In this document: one piece after another, positions 40,760 through 50,057 of the stretch
Layout: each line of letters starts with the position of its first letter
Numbering within the stretch: position 1 is the first letter of the stretch
Source of the DNA: an uncultured archaeon
Lineage (GTDB): Archaea; Asgardarchaeota; Hermodarchaeia; Hermodarchaeales; Hermodarchaeaceae
NCBI GenBank assembly: GCA_964347045.1
Contig: CAYFXC010000001.1
Location: 187,256 to 251,255, forward strand
Reading direction: 5' to 3'
Length of the DNA stretch: 64,000 nucleotides
Notes under the pieces: model-generated
Databases searched by the model: none
What the model was told of the DNA's origin: nothing
The model's input: only the letters and a program-made list of their open reading frames with translations
Made by a program: the position numbers and the translations under genes

Positions 40760-41242
40760 ACGTCGCAAATCAATGAAAAACTTTACCGAATTAGGGGAAT
40801 TGCTAACTATCAATTCAGTGCACCAATTGGACATATACTGTTTCCGGACGAATGTAAGGTTGAGATTTCTAAGAGTTCGGGGCGTATTCGTCGAATTACG
40901 TTTAACTCAAAGATTCTAGCTACTGTTAGAGCTCATGATGGATTTATTGTTCTTACAATTGAAGGTGGACAAAGGCTACATCAAACGGTCCCTTTTCCTA
41001 AATTAAGAGTCGTAGTGCATCAAGAAGTTGCTCAATTTATTGCTGAAGGACGCAGCGTCTTTGCTAAACATATTAAATCGGTGGATTCTCAACTTCGTGC
41101 GGGTGATGAGATATTAATTGTTGATGAACAAGATCAGCTTCTTGCAGTGGGAAAAGCCAATCTTAGTCCCCAGGAGATGCTTGAACTTACTCATGGAGTA
41201 GCTGTTAAAACGCGTCATTCAATTAAAAAACAAAAAACCTAA
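40760..41242 (+). CDS. TGT-C2 + PUA domain RNA-binding protein (start uncertain, ACG candidate)
   Basis: In-frame RIRGIANYQF..SGRIRRI..LATVRAHDG..LTIEGG upstream of the ORF-track PUA part (GRSVFAKH, GVAVKTR). Confidence 0.85.
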   Translation, partial: TSQINEKLYRIRGIANYQFSAPIGHILFPDECKVEISKSSGRIRRITFNSKILATVRAHDGFIVLTIEGGQRLHQTVPFPKLRVVVHQEVAQFIAEGRSVFAKHIKSVDSQLRAGDEILIVDEQDQLLAVGKANLSPQEMLELTHGVAVKTRHSIKKQKT

Positions 41243-41291
41243 ATTAGTACAGTCAATTATGCGATTCGGCAAAAAGTATGAGGGATAACCA

Positions 41292-41684
41292 TTGGTAAAG
41301 GTAAAGAAAGTAAAATCGAAGAAGCGATCAATGGAACGCCAAATGCGCCGAATGGGCGTTGATTTTCAACAACTGGAAGACGTAACTGAAGTTCTCATTC
41401 GGTTTCCTGACAAAGAACTAGTTATCCCTCAAGCCCAAGTGCTAGTGATGCAAGCTCAAGGTGAGGATATCTACCAAATAGTGGGCAAATCAGAGGAAAG
41501 GAGCCTAACAATCTCTGCCGAATCAGAAGAAGGTGCTCCGGTGACTACCTTCCAAGCATTTACTGACGAAGATGTCCAGCTTGTGGCTAGTCAGGCAAAT
41601 GTTTCAGAAGACGAAGCCCGTGAGGCTTTACGCACGGCAGAAGGTAATCTTGCTAAGGCCATTATAATTCTGACTGAGAAATAG
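41292..41684 (+). CDS. nac: Nascent polypeptide-associated complex protein
   Basis: RQMRRMG, YQIVG, UBA-like EDVQLVASQA..GNLAKAII. Confidence 0.94.
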   Translation: MVKVKKVKSKKRSMERQMRRMGVDFQQLEDVTEVLIRFPDKELVIPQAQVLVMQAQGEDIYQIVGKSEERSLTISAESEEGAPVTTFQAFTDEDVQLVASQANVSEDEAREALRTAEGNLAKAIIILTEK

Positions 41685-41690
41685 CCCTAT

Positions 41691-42344
41691 TCAAGTGTCT
41701 TCTTTTCGTTCTAGCATAGCCTTTACTCGTTTCATCCGGAAGAGATCCTCTCTTTCTTGTTCTTCCAGCATAAGTTCAATATATCGAATTGTGTTGTTAA
41801 TTCGCGGAAGTACTAAATAGTTGAGTGCATTTACTCGGCGTTTTGTCTTTTCAATTTCTGCAGCAAGCCGCTTGACAGTAGCTTCGATTTCAGCTAGTCT
41901 AACAACTTTATCGAGAGCTATTCGCACTTTTTGAGCGGCTTTATCAACAGTGGATGATGTTCCCGCTAAACTGTAGTGTAATTGTACTGTTTCTTCTTGT
42001 TCAGTGATTCTAAAGATTGGAACTGAAACACCCATGGTATTTCGTGTTTCTACCTCAAAATCTAGGGGGCTTTTAGCCCCTAAAGCTAGTTCTTCGAGTT
42101 TAGCTCCGCCCTCAACTAATTTTGCATTCATTAATGAAGTAAATGCCTCCGCAAGGGTCGTTTCCATTTCTTCTCGATGTTTTTTCGCTTCCGACAATAT
42201 TGCAAAGAATTCACGAACAAGTGCATCTTGTTTTTCACGGAGGAGTTCATAGCCTCGAGCCGCTAGCTCGCGACGTTCTTTGAGGGTGAGTAATTCCATC
42301 CGTGTCGGGCGAACACCCGCGATGATTCCTGCTGCTTCAGACAA
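41691..42344 (-). CDS. atpD: A/V-type ATP synthase subunit D
   Basis: PTRMEL, GYELLREKQDAL, EIEKTKRRVNAL, EREDLFRMK. Confidence 0.96.
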   Translation of the reverse strand: MSEAAGIIAGVRPTRMELLTLKERRELAARGYELLREKQDALVREFFAILSEAKKHREEMETTLAEAFTSLMNAKLVEGGAKLEELALGAKSPLDFEVETRNTMGVSVPIFRITEQEETVQLHYSLAGTSSTVDKAAQKVRIALDKVVRLAEIEATVKRLAAEIEKTKRRVNALNYLVLPRINNTIRYIELMLEEQEREDLFRMKRVKAMLERKEDT

Positions 42345-42353
42345 GGTGATCCC

Positions 42354-42641
42354 TCAAGGAAGTAATGCGAAGACTCCTACGACCCAAATGAGAATTGCCG
42401 CAACAACAATAAGCCATTCAACTAACAACCTGCGGGTCCTTTCAGGATTTTCACTCATTAGTCCGGTCATCCCAAAACAAAGCCCACAAATCAGTAAATA
42501 CGCGAGAAGAATTATTGCTGCTGATTGGTCCCATGGAATATCCAAAGCTAGGTTTGTTATGGCGACGAATCCTGCTCCAATTAGGAATAGAATTCCAACG
42601 ACTTGCAAAATACGAATAAGCTTTACGTTCGTTTCAGCCAC
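42354..42641 (-). CDS. Hypothetical three-TM membrane protein
   Basis: Hydrophobic ORF directly upstream of atpD on the same strand. Confidence 0.6.
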   Translation of the reverse strand: MAETNVKLIRILQVVGILFLIGAGFVAITNLALDIPWDQSAAIILLAYLLICGLCFGMTGLMSENPERTRRLLVEWLIVVAAILIWVVGVFALLP

Positions 42642-42731
42642 AACTACACGCTCTCTGTAATGATAAGGATGAAGCGAAAATGCGGGGGCTCGCTATTTAA
42701 GCATTGCTGACTTGACAGGGTCTCTTCACAA

Positions 42732-44037
42732 TTATAATTCGTCAAAAGTGTGAATGCGCATTTTCGCTGGTTTCTTAACAATATTACCCACTCGTACTCC
42801 GATTATTAATTCGATGCCGCGATTTTCTGCGATGTCAATAAGTCGTTGGGTCACAACGCCATCTAATATGAGGACTTTTGCTTTTTTGAGTTCTTGTAGT
42901 TCGTTTGCTAGCTCCCCAACATGAGTTTCTTTGAGTTGTTTGAAGTCATCATCCAAAATAACAGACATCATCGTCTGCTGAATTTTTTCAGCTGAGCTAA
43001 GGATGGGTTTTGGTAAACCCAAATCTTTTACCATAGGTTCGGGTTTTTTAGCCGGCTTTGTTCGCGTAGGAGGACGCGTCTTCTTAGGACGCGATTCCTT
43101 AGGTTTTTTGGCTGGAGCCCTACGAGTGCGCTTCTTTTCTTTTACTTTATCCGGCGTGGAGGGTGTTTTGCTTTTAGGTCTTCCAATAACTTGTACAGAT
43201 GGAACCTTATTTCGGAGGGCTTTTGTTACTTCTTTATGTGTTAATTCTTCGACTTCTCTTCCTGTTGGTGCACGTGCCACATAATCGACTTTAATAACTT
43301 GTGAGAGCTCTTTGAAAATCAGGTCTCCTCCACGATCTCCGTCTAAGAATGCAATAACGGTTTTATCCTTTGCAATGTCTGCAATTGATTTTGGAATCGA
43401 TGTTCCCTCGACGGCGACAGCATTTTTAACACCTGAGCGTAGAAGGGCGAGTACGTCAGCACGTCCTTCCACAATAATGATGGTGCTTGAGGTTTTTGCT
43501 TCTGGCCCAGCGGGAAGTTTTTCTTTCCCAAGTTTAATAATCTCTGCAGTACGTGCCTCTCGTAATACTGTATCTGTCATTTCTTGGGAATCAGGAGAAA
43601 TTTCTCCTTCCCAATCACGAAGGAGATCAACTGCACGATCAATGATTTGTTTACGCTTCTCTTCTCTGACATCCTCTACTTTTTCGAGACTGATTTTAGC
43701 AGCACACGGACCAACTCTATCAACTGTTTCAATTGCCGCTGCAAGAATTGCAGTTTCTGTTCTATCAAGACTACAAGGTATTGTGATGGTACCTTGTGAT
43801 TTTCCACTTTCAGTATGAAGTTCAACTTTTATTCGACCAATTCGCCCCGACTGTTGTAATTCCCTTAGGTCCAAATCTTCACCGATTACCCCTTCACATC
43901 TATGATATGAAGTGTAGGCCCTCTGTTTGACCAAATAGAGCACCTACCACATCGGGGGTTTCAACTACTCCATCTATTTCGATTTTTCCACGAATACAAT
44001 ATTTTGTGGTTCCAGTACTTTCCGCATTTGCTCCCAT
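42732..44037 (-). CDS. dnaG: Archaeal DnaG (exosome-associated primase-like), interrupted by a 28-nt BHB intron at 43886-43913
   Basis: Exon 1 [19 protein letters not shown]; exon 2 [32 protein letters not shown]; 1306-28=1278 nt, in frame. Confidence 0.93.
43886..43913 (-). other. Putative mRNA intron with bulge-helix-bulge splice motif
   Basis: GCCT/GGGT 4-bp helix, 3-nt bulges ACA and AAT, inner 9-bp hairpin CTTCATATC/GATGTGAAG. Confidence 0.85.
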
Positions 44038-44175
44038 AATCGCCACCTTGTGAAAGTTATTTGTGATATTTTTGGTGTTGGCGTTTGAAACGACGAACGC
44101 CATTTTAGTATGATTTGCGATATTGATTAGATAATATGGTAAGCGTGATGTAATTAGCCACACGAGGAAACTACA

Positions 44176-44595
44176 TTAAAACTTTGTGCCTTTCGAAGGT
44201 TTGTCTGTTTGTTTTAGGCCTTCTATCACACGAACTCGCCAAGTAAAGGCTCGCTTAAGCTGATATCTTTCTCGATGAAGTATAGTCACACCACGACCTT
44301 CTAGCTGTTTAATTAAATGCCGTGTTAGTTGTCCTCCCCGTCTATCAAAATCAAATAAAATGAGCACGCGACGAGAATTTGATAGTTGATCTGCTAAACT
44401 AACTATATTATGTCCGGCCATAGCATATATTGGTCCTGTTAATCCTAGTCCACGTAGCGCTGTAATATCCTTAATACCTTCCACAACAATTGATATACCA
44501 TCATCAGAGAGTTCAGTTAATAATCGCAGCCCTCTTTCAAAACGCTCTTCTAATTTTTCCTGTTTCGATCGAGTCGCTTTTCGTTGTGGACACAT
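44176..44595 (-). CDS. Small TOPRIM domain protein (UPF0292-like)
   Basis: IVVEGIKD..ALR.LG, ILFDFDRRG. Confidence 0.88.
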   Translation of the reverse strand: MCPQRKATRSKQEKLEERFERGLRLLTELSDDGISIVVEGIKDITALRGLGLTGPIYAMAGHNIVSLADQLSNSRRVLILFDFDRRGGQLTRHLIKQLEGRGVTILHRERYQLKRAFTWRVRVIEGLKQTDKPSKGTKF

Positions 44596-44716
44596 AAAAG
44601 TCGCCTAATTTACTGCTTAGGGTACCATTCATCCTTATTCATATTTGTTAAGACACCTAATGCGGTGTACTTTTATATCACACAGAATAAGCCCGAGTCA
44701 CAAAGAAGTGTTATCT

Positions 44717-45814
44717 GTGAAAAATCTTCCATCCAGCGTTGAAAAAATTGCACGGCACACCCAAGAAGTGCTAACTATCGAGGATTTAACAGATATCTTC
44801 AATCGCCAAGAGAAGCCTCGTGGCTACATAGGTGTTGAACCCAGCGGGCTATTTCACATTGGCTGGATAGGTTGGGTACAGAAGCTAAATCAACTTGTAA
44901 ACTTAGGAGTTCGAATGGAAATTCTCCTTGCTACTTGGCACGCTCAAGTTAACGATAAACTTGGCGGGAACATCGAGAGAATTCGGCGATGCGCTGATTA
45001 CCTCCGTCATTCTTTTGTTGCCCTTAAAGTAGATACTACTAAAGTTCACATTATAACGGCTGAAGATTTAATGCGTCGAATTGAGTATTGGGAGAAGGTT
45101 CTTCGGGTTGCAAAAAATCTAACTCTCGCTAGGGTTCGACGCTCAACCGACATAATGGGTCGTACCGAAGAAGAAGCCGCGATTGATTTTTCCAAGCTAA
45201 TCTACCCCCTTTTACAGGTAACAGATATAATCGATCAAAAATATGAAATCTGTCTATCAGGAATGGATCAAAGGCGGGCACACGTCCTAGCGCGCGAAGT
45301 GGCTGATAAAATGAAGCTAGAGTGGAAACCAATTGGGATTCACATGCCGCTTCTTCCGGGACTCACTGGAACAGCCCGTATGGATGTCACCTCTGAGTTT
45401 TTAGCACAAGATGTAGCTATTGATATTAAGATGTCAAAGTCAAAGCCCGGTGATGCTATTTTCATACATGACTCAACTCGAGAGATCAAACGGAAAATTA
45501 AGAATGCCTTTTGTCCAGCTGGAGAGGTAGAAAATAATCCCATTCTAAATTATATCCGCAACATCCTTTTCACACAAGATGATTATACCTTACATATTGA
45601 ACGAGCAGAAAAATACGGGGGACCCTTGAGCATCACAAGTGCTGATGAACTCGAATCATTGTATGCTGTTGGAGCTATCCATCCCTTGGATCTAAAGGAA
45701 GCTGCAACAAAAGCCTTTTCTGATTTTCTTGAACCGGTAAGAAAATACTTTGAGCAGAATCCCGAGGCAAAGAAATTATATCAGGAAATTGCGGAATATC
45801 AGATAACGCGATAG
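44717..45814 (+). CDS. tyrS: Tyrosine--tRNA ligase
   Basis: YIGVEPSG..HIG, YPLLQVTD, GMDQRRAH, KMSKS, HPLDLK. Confidence 0.96.
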   Translation: MKNLPSSVEKIARHTQEVLTIEDLTDIFNRQEKPRGYIGVEPSGLFHIGWIGWVQKLNQLVNLGVRMEILLATWHAQVNDKLGGNIERIRRCADYLRHSFVALKVDTTKVHIITAEDLMRRIEYWEKVLRVAKNLTLARVRRSTDIMGRTEEEAAIDFSKLIYPLLQVTDIIDQKYEICLSGMDQRRAHVLAREVADKMKLEWKPIGIHMPLLPGLTGTARMDVTSEFLAQDVAIDIKMSKSKPGDAIFIHDSTREIKRKIKNAFCPAGEVENNPILNYIRNILFTQDDYTLHIERAEKYGGPLSITSADELESLYAVGAIHPLDLKEAATKAFSDFLEPVRKYFEQNPEAKKLYQEIAEYQITR

Positions 45815-45823
45815 CTTATGGGT

Positions 45824-46687
45824 TTAGCAGTCGAAAATTTGGACATCAAGGACAAAATGATCGTATCTTGGATTATAAGTCTTAATCTTTCGGGAATTTA
45901 CTACTTCAACCCGCCGCTTCATCAATGAGGCGATATCTTCAATTTTTAAAAAAATTTCAGTGGCAAAATCATTCTTAGAACCAATTTCATGAATATGCAT
46001 CATTCCCTCAGAGTGAACGCACTGTATTCCAGCTTCCAGATACTTATCTGTTCCTTGAATTAAACCCATGATGACCCGATCTGCTTTGCCTTGACTGATA
46101 GTTGGCGCTATTAGGCGGGTATCTCCAAAATATGTTCGGTAAATCTCAGTGACATTGTTGGTCTGAATATTCTGTTTAAGATAGTGAAAAGCTTCAGGGT
46201 TCCATTCAATCGCATGAATAGTCTTGGGTCTTGCATGCACAGCCATGGGTAATGACAACTGTCCAATACCTGCAAACATATCAACGACCAATTCACCAGA
46301 CCCAATTTTGCTCATGCGAAGGCGTTCTCCTTTATTTCCAACAGAAAACATTACTTTCATTGGGTCTATATGAAAAACCACTTTATTTTCTCTGAAGACT
46401 GTTTCTGTTTGAGGTGAACCCGCAATCAGTTCGACTGCAGGTTGTCGATAAGGTCCTGCGATGGCTGCTGTTCGTCTCAACACTGATCGGATTTTTTTAC
46501 TATACTGCAACGTGATTTGCCCAATTACTTCCTTGTACTTTTCAATTCGTGGATCTAACCATAAGATGGCCACATGCCCCAAAATGCGAATACGGCGAGG
46601 TAACAGCTCGGACGGAATTAGCTCATCAAGCTCGGTTTCAAGGAACTGATAAAACGTCTGACGGCGACGACGGGGTATTTTCTTCAC
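45824..46687 (-). CDS. Trm5/Taw2 (Met-10+) family SAM-dependent tRNA modification enzyme
   Basis: KVMFSVGN..ER, DMFAGIG, IEWNPEAF, ADRVIMG. Confidence 0.85.
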   Translation of the reverse strand: MKKIPRRRRQTFYQFLETELDELIPSELLPRRIRILGHVAILWLDPRIEKYKEVIGQITLQYSKKIRSVLRRTAAIAGPYRQPAVELIAGSPQTETVFRENKVVFHIDPMKVMFSVGNKGERLRMSKIGSGELVVDMFAGIGQLSLPMAVHARPKTIHAIEWNPEAFHYLKQNIQTNNVTEIYRTYFGDTRLIAPTISQGKADRVIMGLIQGTDKYLEAGIQCVHSEGMMHIHEIGSKNDFATEIFLKIEDIASLMKRRVEVVNSRKIKTYNPRYDHFVLDVQIFDC

Positions 46688-46702
46688 CTGAACGTTGATG
46701 AT

Positions 46703-47004
46703 TCGAAGAAGTGGTGGGTCGCACCTGCTCTGCTGACCGATACACTAACGCCCCGTCATCATTGGTGGGCGGAACGCCTTTTTCCTCTGACAGGTCCTCT
46801 CTTAATATGTCGGGCATGATGAGTGGTTTGCGACCCGGCGTTGAAGTGTGGACATCGTGGGTTGCCCCCACAGTCACCTCTTGACGACCCGTCATAGATC
46901 ATGCAGGAGCCTGTCACATGCCGCATAACCTTCAACGCTGCTCCAGTGTTGCCACAAATTTGCACGAATCCTCATCAGAACGAATTCTTCGGGTTCGTCC
47001 TCGA
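46703..47004 (-). ncRNA. Unassigned ~300-nt structured RNA
   Basis: Nested long-range stems TCGAGGA/TCTTCGA, GCGTTGAAG/CTTCAACGC, GGGTCGCA/TGCGACCC, TCATCAT/ATGATGA; GCAA loops; no credible ORF. Confidence 0.6.
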
Positions 47005-47067
47005 TGGTGGCTAATATCCTTTCATTGCAACTATCAGAACGGAAACGGCGCCTCAAAAACGCTTTCA

Positions 47068-47562
47068 CTATTGCCTTGAAACCCCATGGTAAATGATTCG
47101 ACCATCTCGGTCGATTTGTCCGGCTCGTATTCGAGTTGACGAAATGGAAATCTGATCTTCTGCTTTCACCATTGTTAATACAGCGATGTGTAAAAGCGGC
47201 AAATCATGCTCGCGACGGATTTCATTGATTTCTTTAGCGACGGGACAGGTTTCTTCACTGACCACAATCAGTTCGAGTTCGGGCATTGTAATGGAAGGTC
47301 CATATTTGTTGTGTAACGGTCGGATGATATATCGTCCGGTGTAACTCTCTGCATTTAACCATTTTTCAAGTTCATTTTTCCGTTCATCATAACTTGCTAT
47401 GATTTTCCAATCAGGTTTGTGCTTTACCATGTCTTGGGTCGTTAATCCAATAAGAACCTGTTTACCTAGCTCGAAGGCACGACGGAGAAGCGTCCTATGA
47501 CCTTTATGTAATTGGTCAAAAGTTCCACCAATGGCCACCCATTCATATGGTTCCTCAGACAA
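47068..47562 (-). CDS. coaD: Phosphopantetheine adenylyltransferase (archaeal/eukaryotic type)
   Basis: GGTFDQLHKGH, IVVSEET, ISSTRIR; TTG start after GAGGAG. Confidence 0.92.
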   Translation of the reverse strand: MSEEPYEWVAIGGTFDQLHKGHRTLLRRAFELGKQVLIGLTTQDMVKHKPDWKIIASYDERKNELEKWLNAESYTGRYIIRPLHNKYGPSITMPELELIVVSEETCPVAKEINEIRREHDLPLLHIAVLTMVKAEDQISISSTRIRAGQIDRDGRIIYHGVSRQ

Positions 47563-47642
47563 GACGCACTCCTCATGTCTTGCATAAGTGTTCAGCTGAA
47601 AAAGGTTTAGCACATGCCACGATTCGAATACCACATACGATT

Positions 47643-48749
47643 CTATGCTATTCCGATGGTATTTCCAATACCTGCAATGATGACTGTGTCGCCTTTCTTG
47701 GTGCGTAACAGAACTGCGTTTTTCATTCTTTCAACCACTTTGGGTACTGCATCGACGAGAGATTTTTTCATTGGGGCAAGGGCGTCTTCTAAGGCTTCTT
47801 TAATAACAATTGCATCAATGGGAATTTCGTGTTTGACACCTGAATCTTCCATCTTGAATTTCTCTGGTCCAGGATCACCAATAGCTGCACCAACACCTTC
47901 AATCACTTGTCCCGTCTCTTCTCCTTCAAGTTTCAAGCCGGCATCAACTGTGATGATCCGTGCAACTTTACCCTTTTTTCGTTCAACAACCCTCCGGATA
48001 CCTTCACCTGGTTTACCAACCTGGCTTCCATATCCTTTGGCCCGAATAAACCACAAAGTGCGTCCTTCAAATTGACCTGATAGGGCAACTGTATGTTGTG
48101 CTATTTCTTCTGGTTCACCCGCATTAATTTCTCGCGCAAAGTGAGCAACTGCTAATGGTCCCATCCCATCTCCGATAGGTTTCCCATCTGCGAAAGCACG
48201 GGTTGCTTCAAAGTATGCTTTTGCCATTTGAATAATCATCGGGAGTTGCATCTGCAACTGCATAGTATAGTAAATACTCTTCGTTTTTTTACCTAACAAA
48301 TAGAAATGGCGGACAATCCGATATACCTGATTTAGTGCCATAGCACCTGAGAGTACAGCTTCAGCATTAGCCTGTTGTTCTGGTGACGCCTTCGGGGCAA
48401 TCCTTGCGACTTGATCTTCATATCGCGTGGTTCTTACATCAAGCACATGTTCTAATCTTTGCAAAACACCTGCGGGATCAACATTTACTGGCTCGATGAC
48501 GAAAAATTCCATGAAATCATCAACCGTTGATTTGACATCTTTTTCGTCGACTTTTAAATCTTTGAACGCTTTAGTTGCAATGTTCTTTCCCTGTTTAGCC
48601 AAGACTTCAAGCTGTCTAAGCCCGGCTTCTGCTTGACGTTGCCAAATGTAGGACTGCAGCCGGGTTCCATACAGATAAATGAAAATGAAAAAGATTAGAA
48701 AAATAACTTGGAAAATCCAATTGAAATCGCCAAGGGGAACTTGTAACAT
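47643..48749 (-). CDS. DUF1512 family protein
   Basis: DPAGV, PIGDGMGP, ITVDAGLKLEGE.TG, GIGNTIGI. Confidence 0.88.
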   Translation of the reverse strand: MLQVPLGDFNWIFQVIFLIFFIFIYLYGTRLQSYIWQRQAEAGLRQLEVLAKQGKNIATKAFKDLKVDEKDVKSTVDDFMEFFVIEPVNVDPAGVLQRLEHVLDVRTTRYEDQVARIAPKASPEQQANAEAVLSGAMALNQVYRIVRHFYLLGKKTKSIYYTMQLQMQLPMIIQMAKAYFEATRAFADGKPIGDGMGPLAVAHFAREINAGEPEEIAQHTVALSGQFEGRTLWFIRAKGYGSQVGKPGEGIRRVVERKKGKVARIITVDAGLKLEGEETGQVIEGVGAAIGDPGPEKFKMEDSGVKHEIPIDAIVIKEALEDALAPMKKSLVDAVPKVVERMKNAVLLRTKKGDTVIIAGIGNTIGIA

Positions 48750-48852
48750 TGTTCATCACGTGTTTATGCTAGTGTCGGAACGGTTTCAACGCGAAATAAA
48801 AACCTTTGCTTACTGTCAACCTGAAACGATTAAGTTGGTGAAAGGAAAAGAA

Positions 48853-48972
48853 GTGGCGCAGTTCACACTTTTCCCGACACCTCTCGGATATCAGTACTCA
48901 GCGCGACGAAACCGGCTTAACTTCCGGGATCTGACGAGACCGGGTGTGGCCCAGCTTCTATGACCGCGCCAC
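48853..48972 (-). rRNA. rrf: 5S rRNA, stand-alone with own TATA (TTTTTATA about 20 nt upstream)
   Basis: Helix I GTGGCGCGG/CTGCGCCAC, ACCCGGTCTCGTCAGATCCCGGAAGTTAAGC, loop E AGTA..GGGAA. Confidence 0.93.
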
Positions 48973-49026
48973 CCAGCACACTTCTCCCCCGCTATAAAAA
49001 TGTTGTGAACTCTTAGATGAGAAAAG

Positions 49027-49103
49027 TGGTGGGCTGGCCGGGATTTGAACCCGGGACCACGAGGTCCCAAACCTCGCATCATACCGAACTAGACTACCGG
49101 CCC
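49027..49103 (-). tRNA. tRNA-Pro(TGG)
   Basis: CGAGG-TT-TGG-GA-CCTCG; C5:A68 mismatch; CCA. Confidence 0.94.
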
Positions 49104-49168
49104 AGCATTGAACATGGGATACTAAAGAGAGTTGAAAAACCTTTGCACAATTTAGCTCTTCCGATACC

Positions 49169-49831
49169 CTAACCTCCCGCCAATCGTTCAAACCGAAACC
49201 GAATGTAATAGTACGGCTTCCCCTCCGTGAAATTGACCTTCGGAGGCCTTGCAATAATCCCGAAATGCTTCTTCAAAAGACCCACAAGCTCATTCAGAAA
49301 CCCCCTGTCCTTCTGCTTCAACTGCACTCTCTTCTTATCAATAAAACCATCCGCATCAATTAACCCAAACATATAATGCTTAAAGAGCGAAGCATCATCT
49401 GCAATCAACGCAGGAACCCTAATATTTCGTTTCTTTCCTGATTGAAAACCCAAAGCAATGAAAAAGAAAAAAACCGCCGCACAGTTGATATTGATAGCGT
49501 AACAATTCTTCTTTCTTTTATCTCTATGAATGCGTGGCTGATAATGAAAGAGCTCTCGGATTAGAACTGATAACTGTTCCATGTAATTTTTCCGACCCAC
49601 AACATTTACTCGATAATAGTACCCCCCTATCTTGCGTTTACACTTGTTCAGGTTACCATCACCCGCAACAACACCAGCAAAATATGCAACTTTTTCGCAA
49701 AGTTTCGGGATTTTTATTCGTGTTTTTTTTGTGCAAATAAAGTCATTCTGAATTCTATGCCATACACGAGCTTCACTCAGAGCCTGCGAAATTACATTTA
49801 CATCTAAACTCTTCATTCCAACAGTTTGCAT
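49169..49831 (-). mobile_element. Free-standing double-motif LAGLIDADG homing endonuclease-like ORF
   Basis: YFAGVVAGDG and YMFGLIDADG motifs; Lys-rich; lies between two tRNAs. Confidence 0.85.
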
Positions 49832-49862
49832 CTAAAAATATCTAAAAACCCATTAACTGAAA

Positions 49863-49937
49863 TGGAGCCTCCGCCGGGATTCGAACCCGGGACCACTGGC
49901 TTACAAGGCCAGAGCACCACCACTATGCTACGGAGGC
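49863..49937 (-). tRNA. tRNA-Thr(TGT)
   Basis: CTGGC-CT-TGT-AA-GCCAG; U73-CCA. Confidence 0.96.
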
Positions 49938-50057
49938 TTAATTTCAGTTATACATACACGGTTGATTAATGATTCGGAGGGAATCAGGGTATTGTGGGTT
50001 GCTTACGGAAATGGCTAAAAAATGTTTTTATGGTTAGGAATGATGCTGGTCGTGTGT

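Noticed and set aside
42732-44163. dnaG pseudogene or programmed frameshift
   Set aside because: No slippery site. Precise BHB excision restores both frame and the conserved motif, and the rest of the gene is intact.
46638-46965. Short ORFs (85 aa, 68 aa) in the coaD-Trm5/Taw2 gap
   Set aside because: No recognisable motifs; the region is better explained by extensive base pairing.
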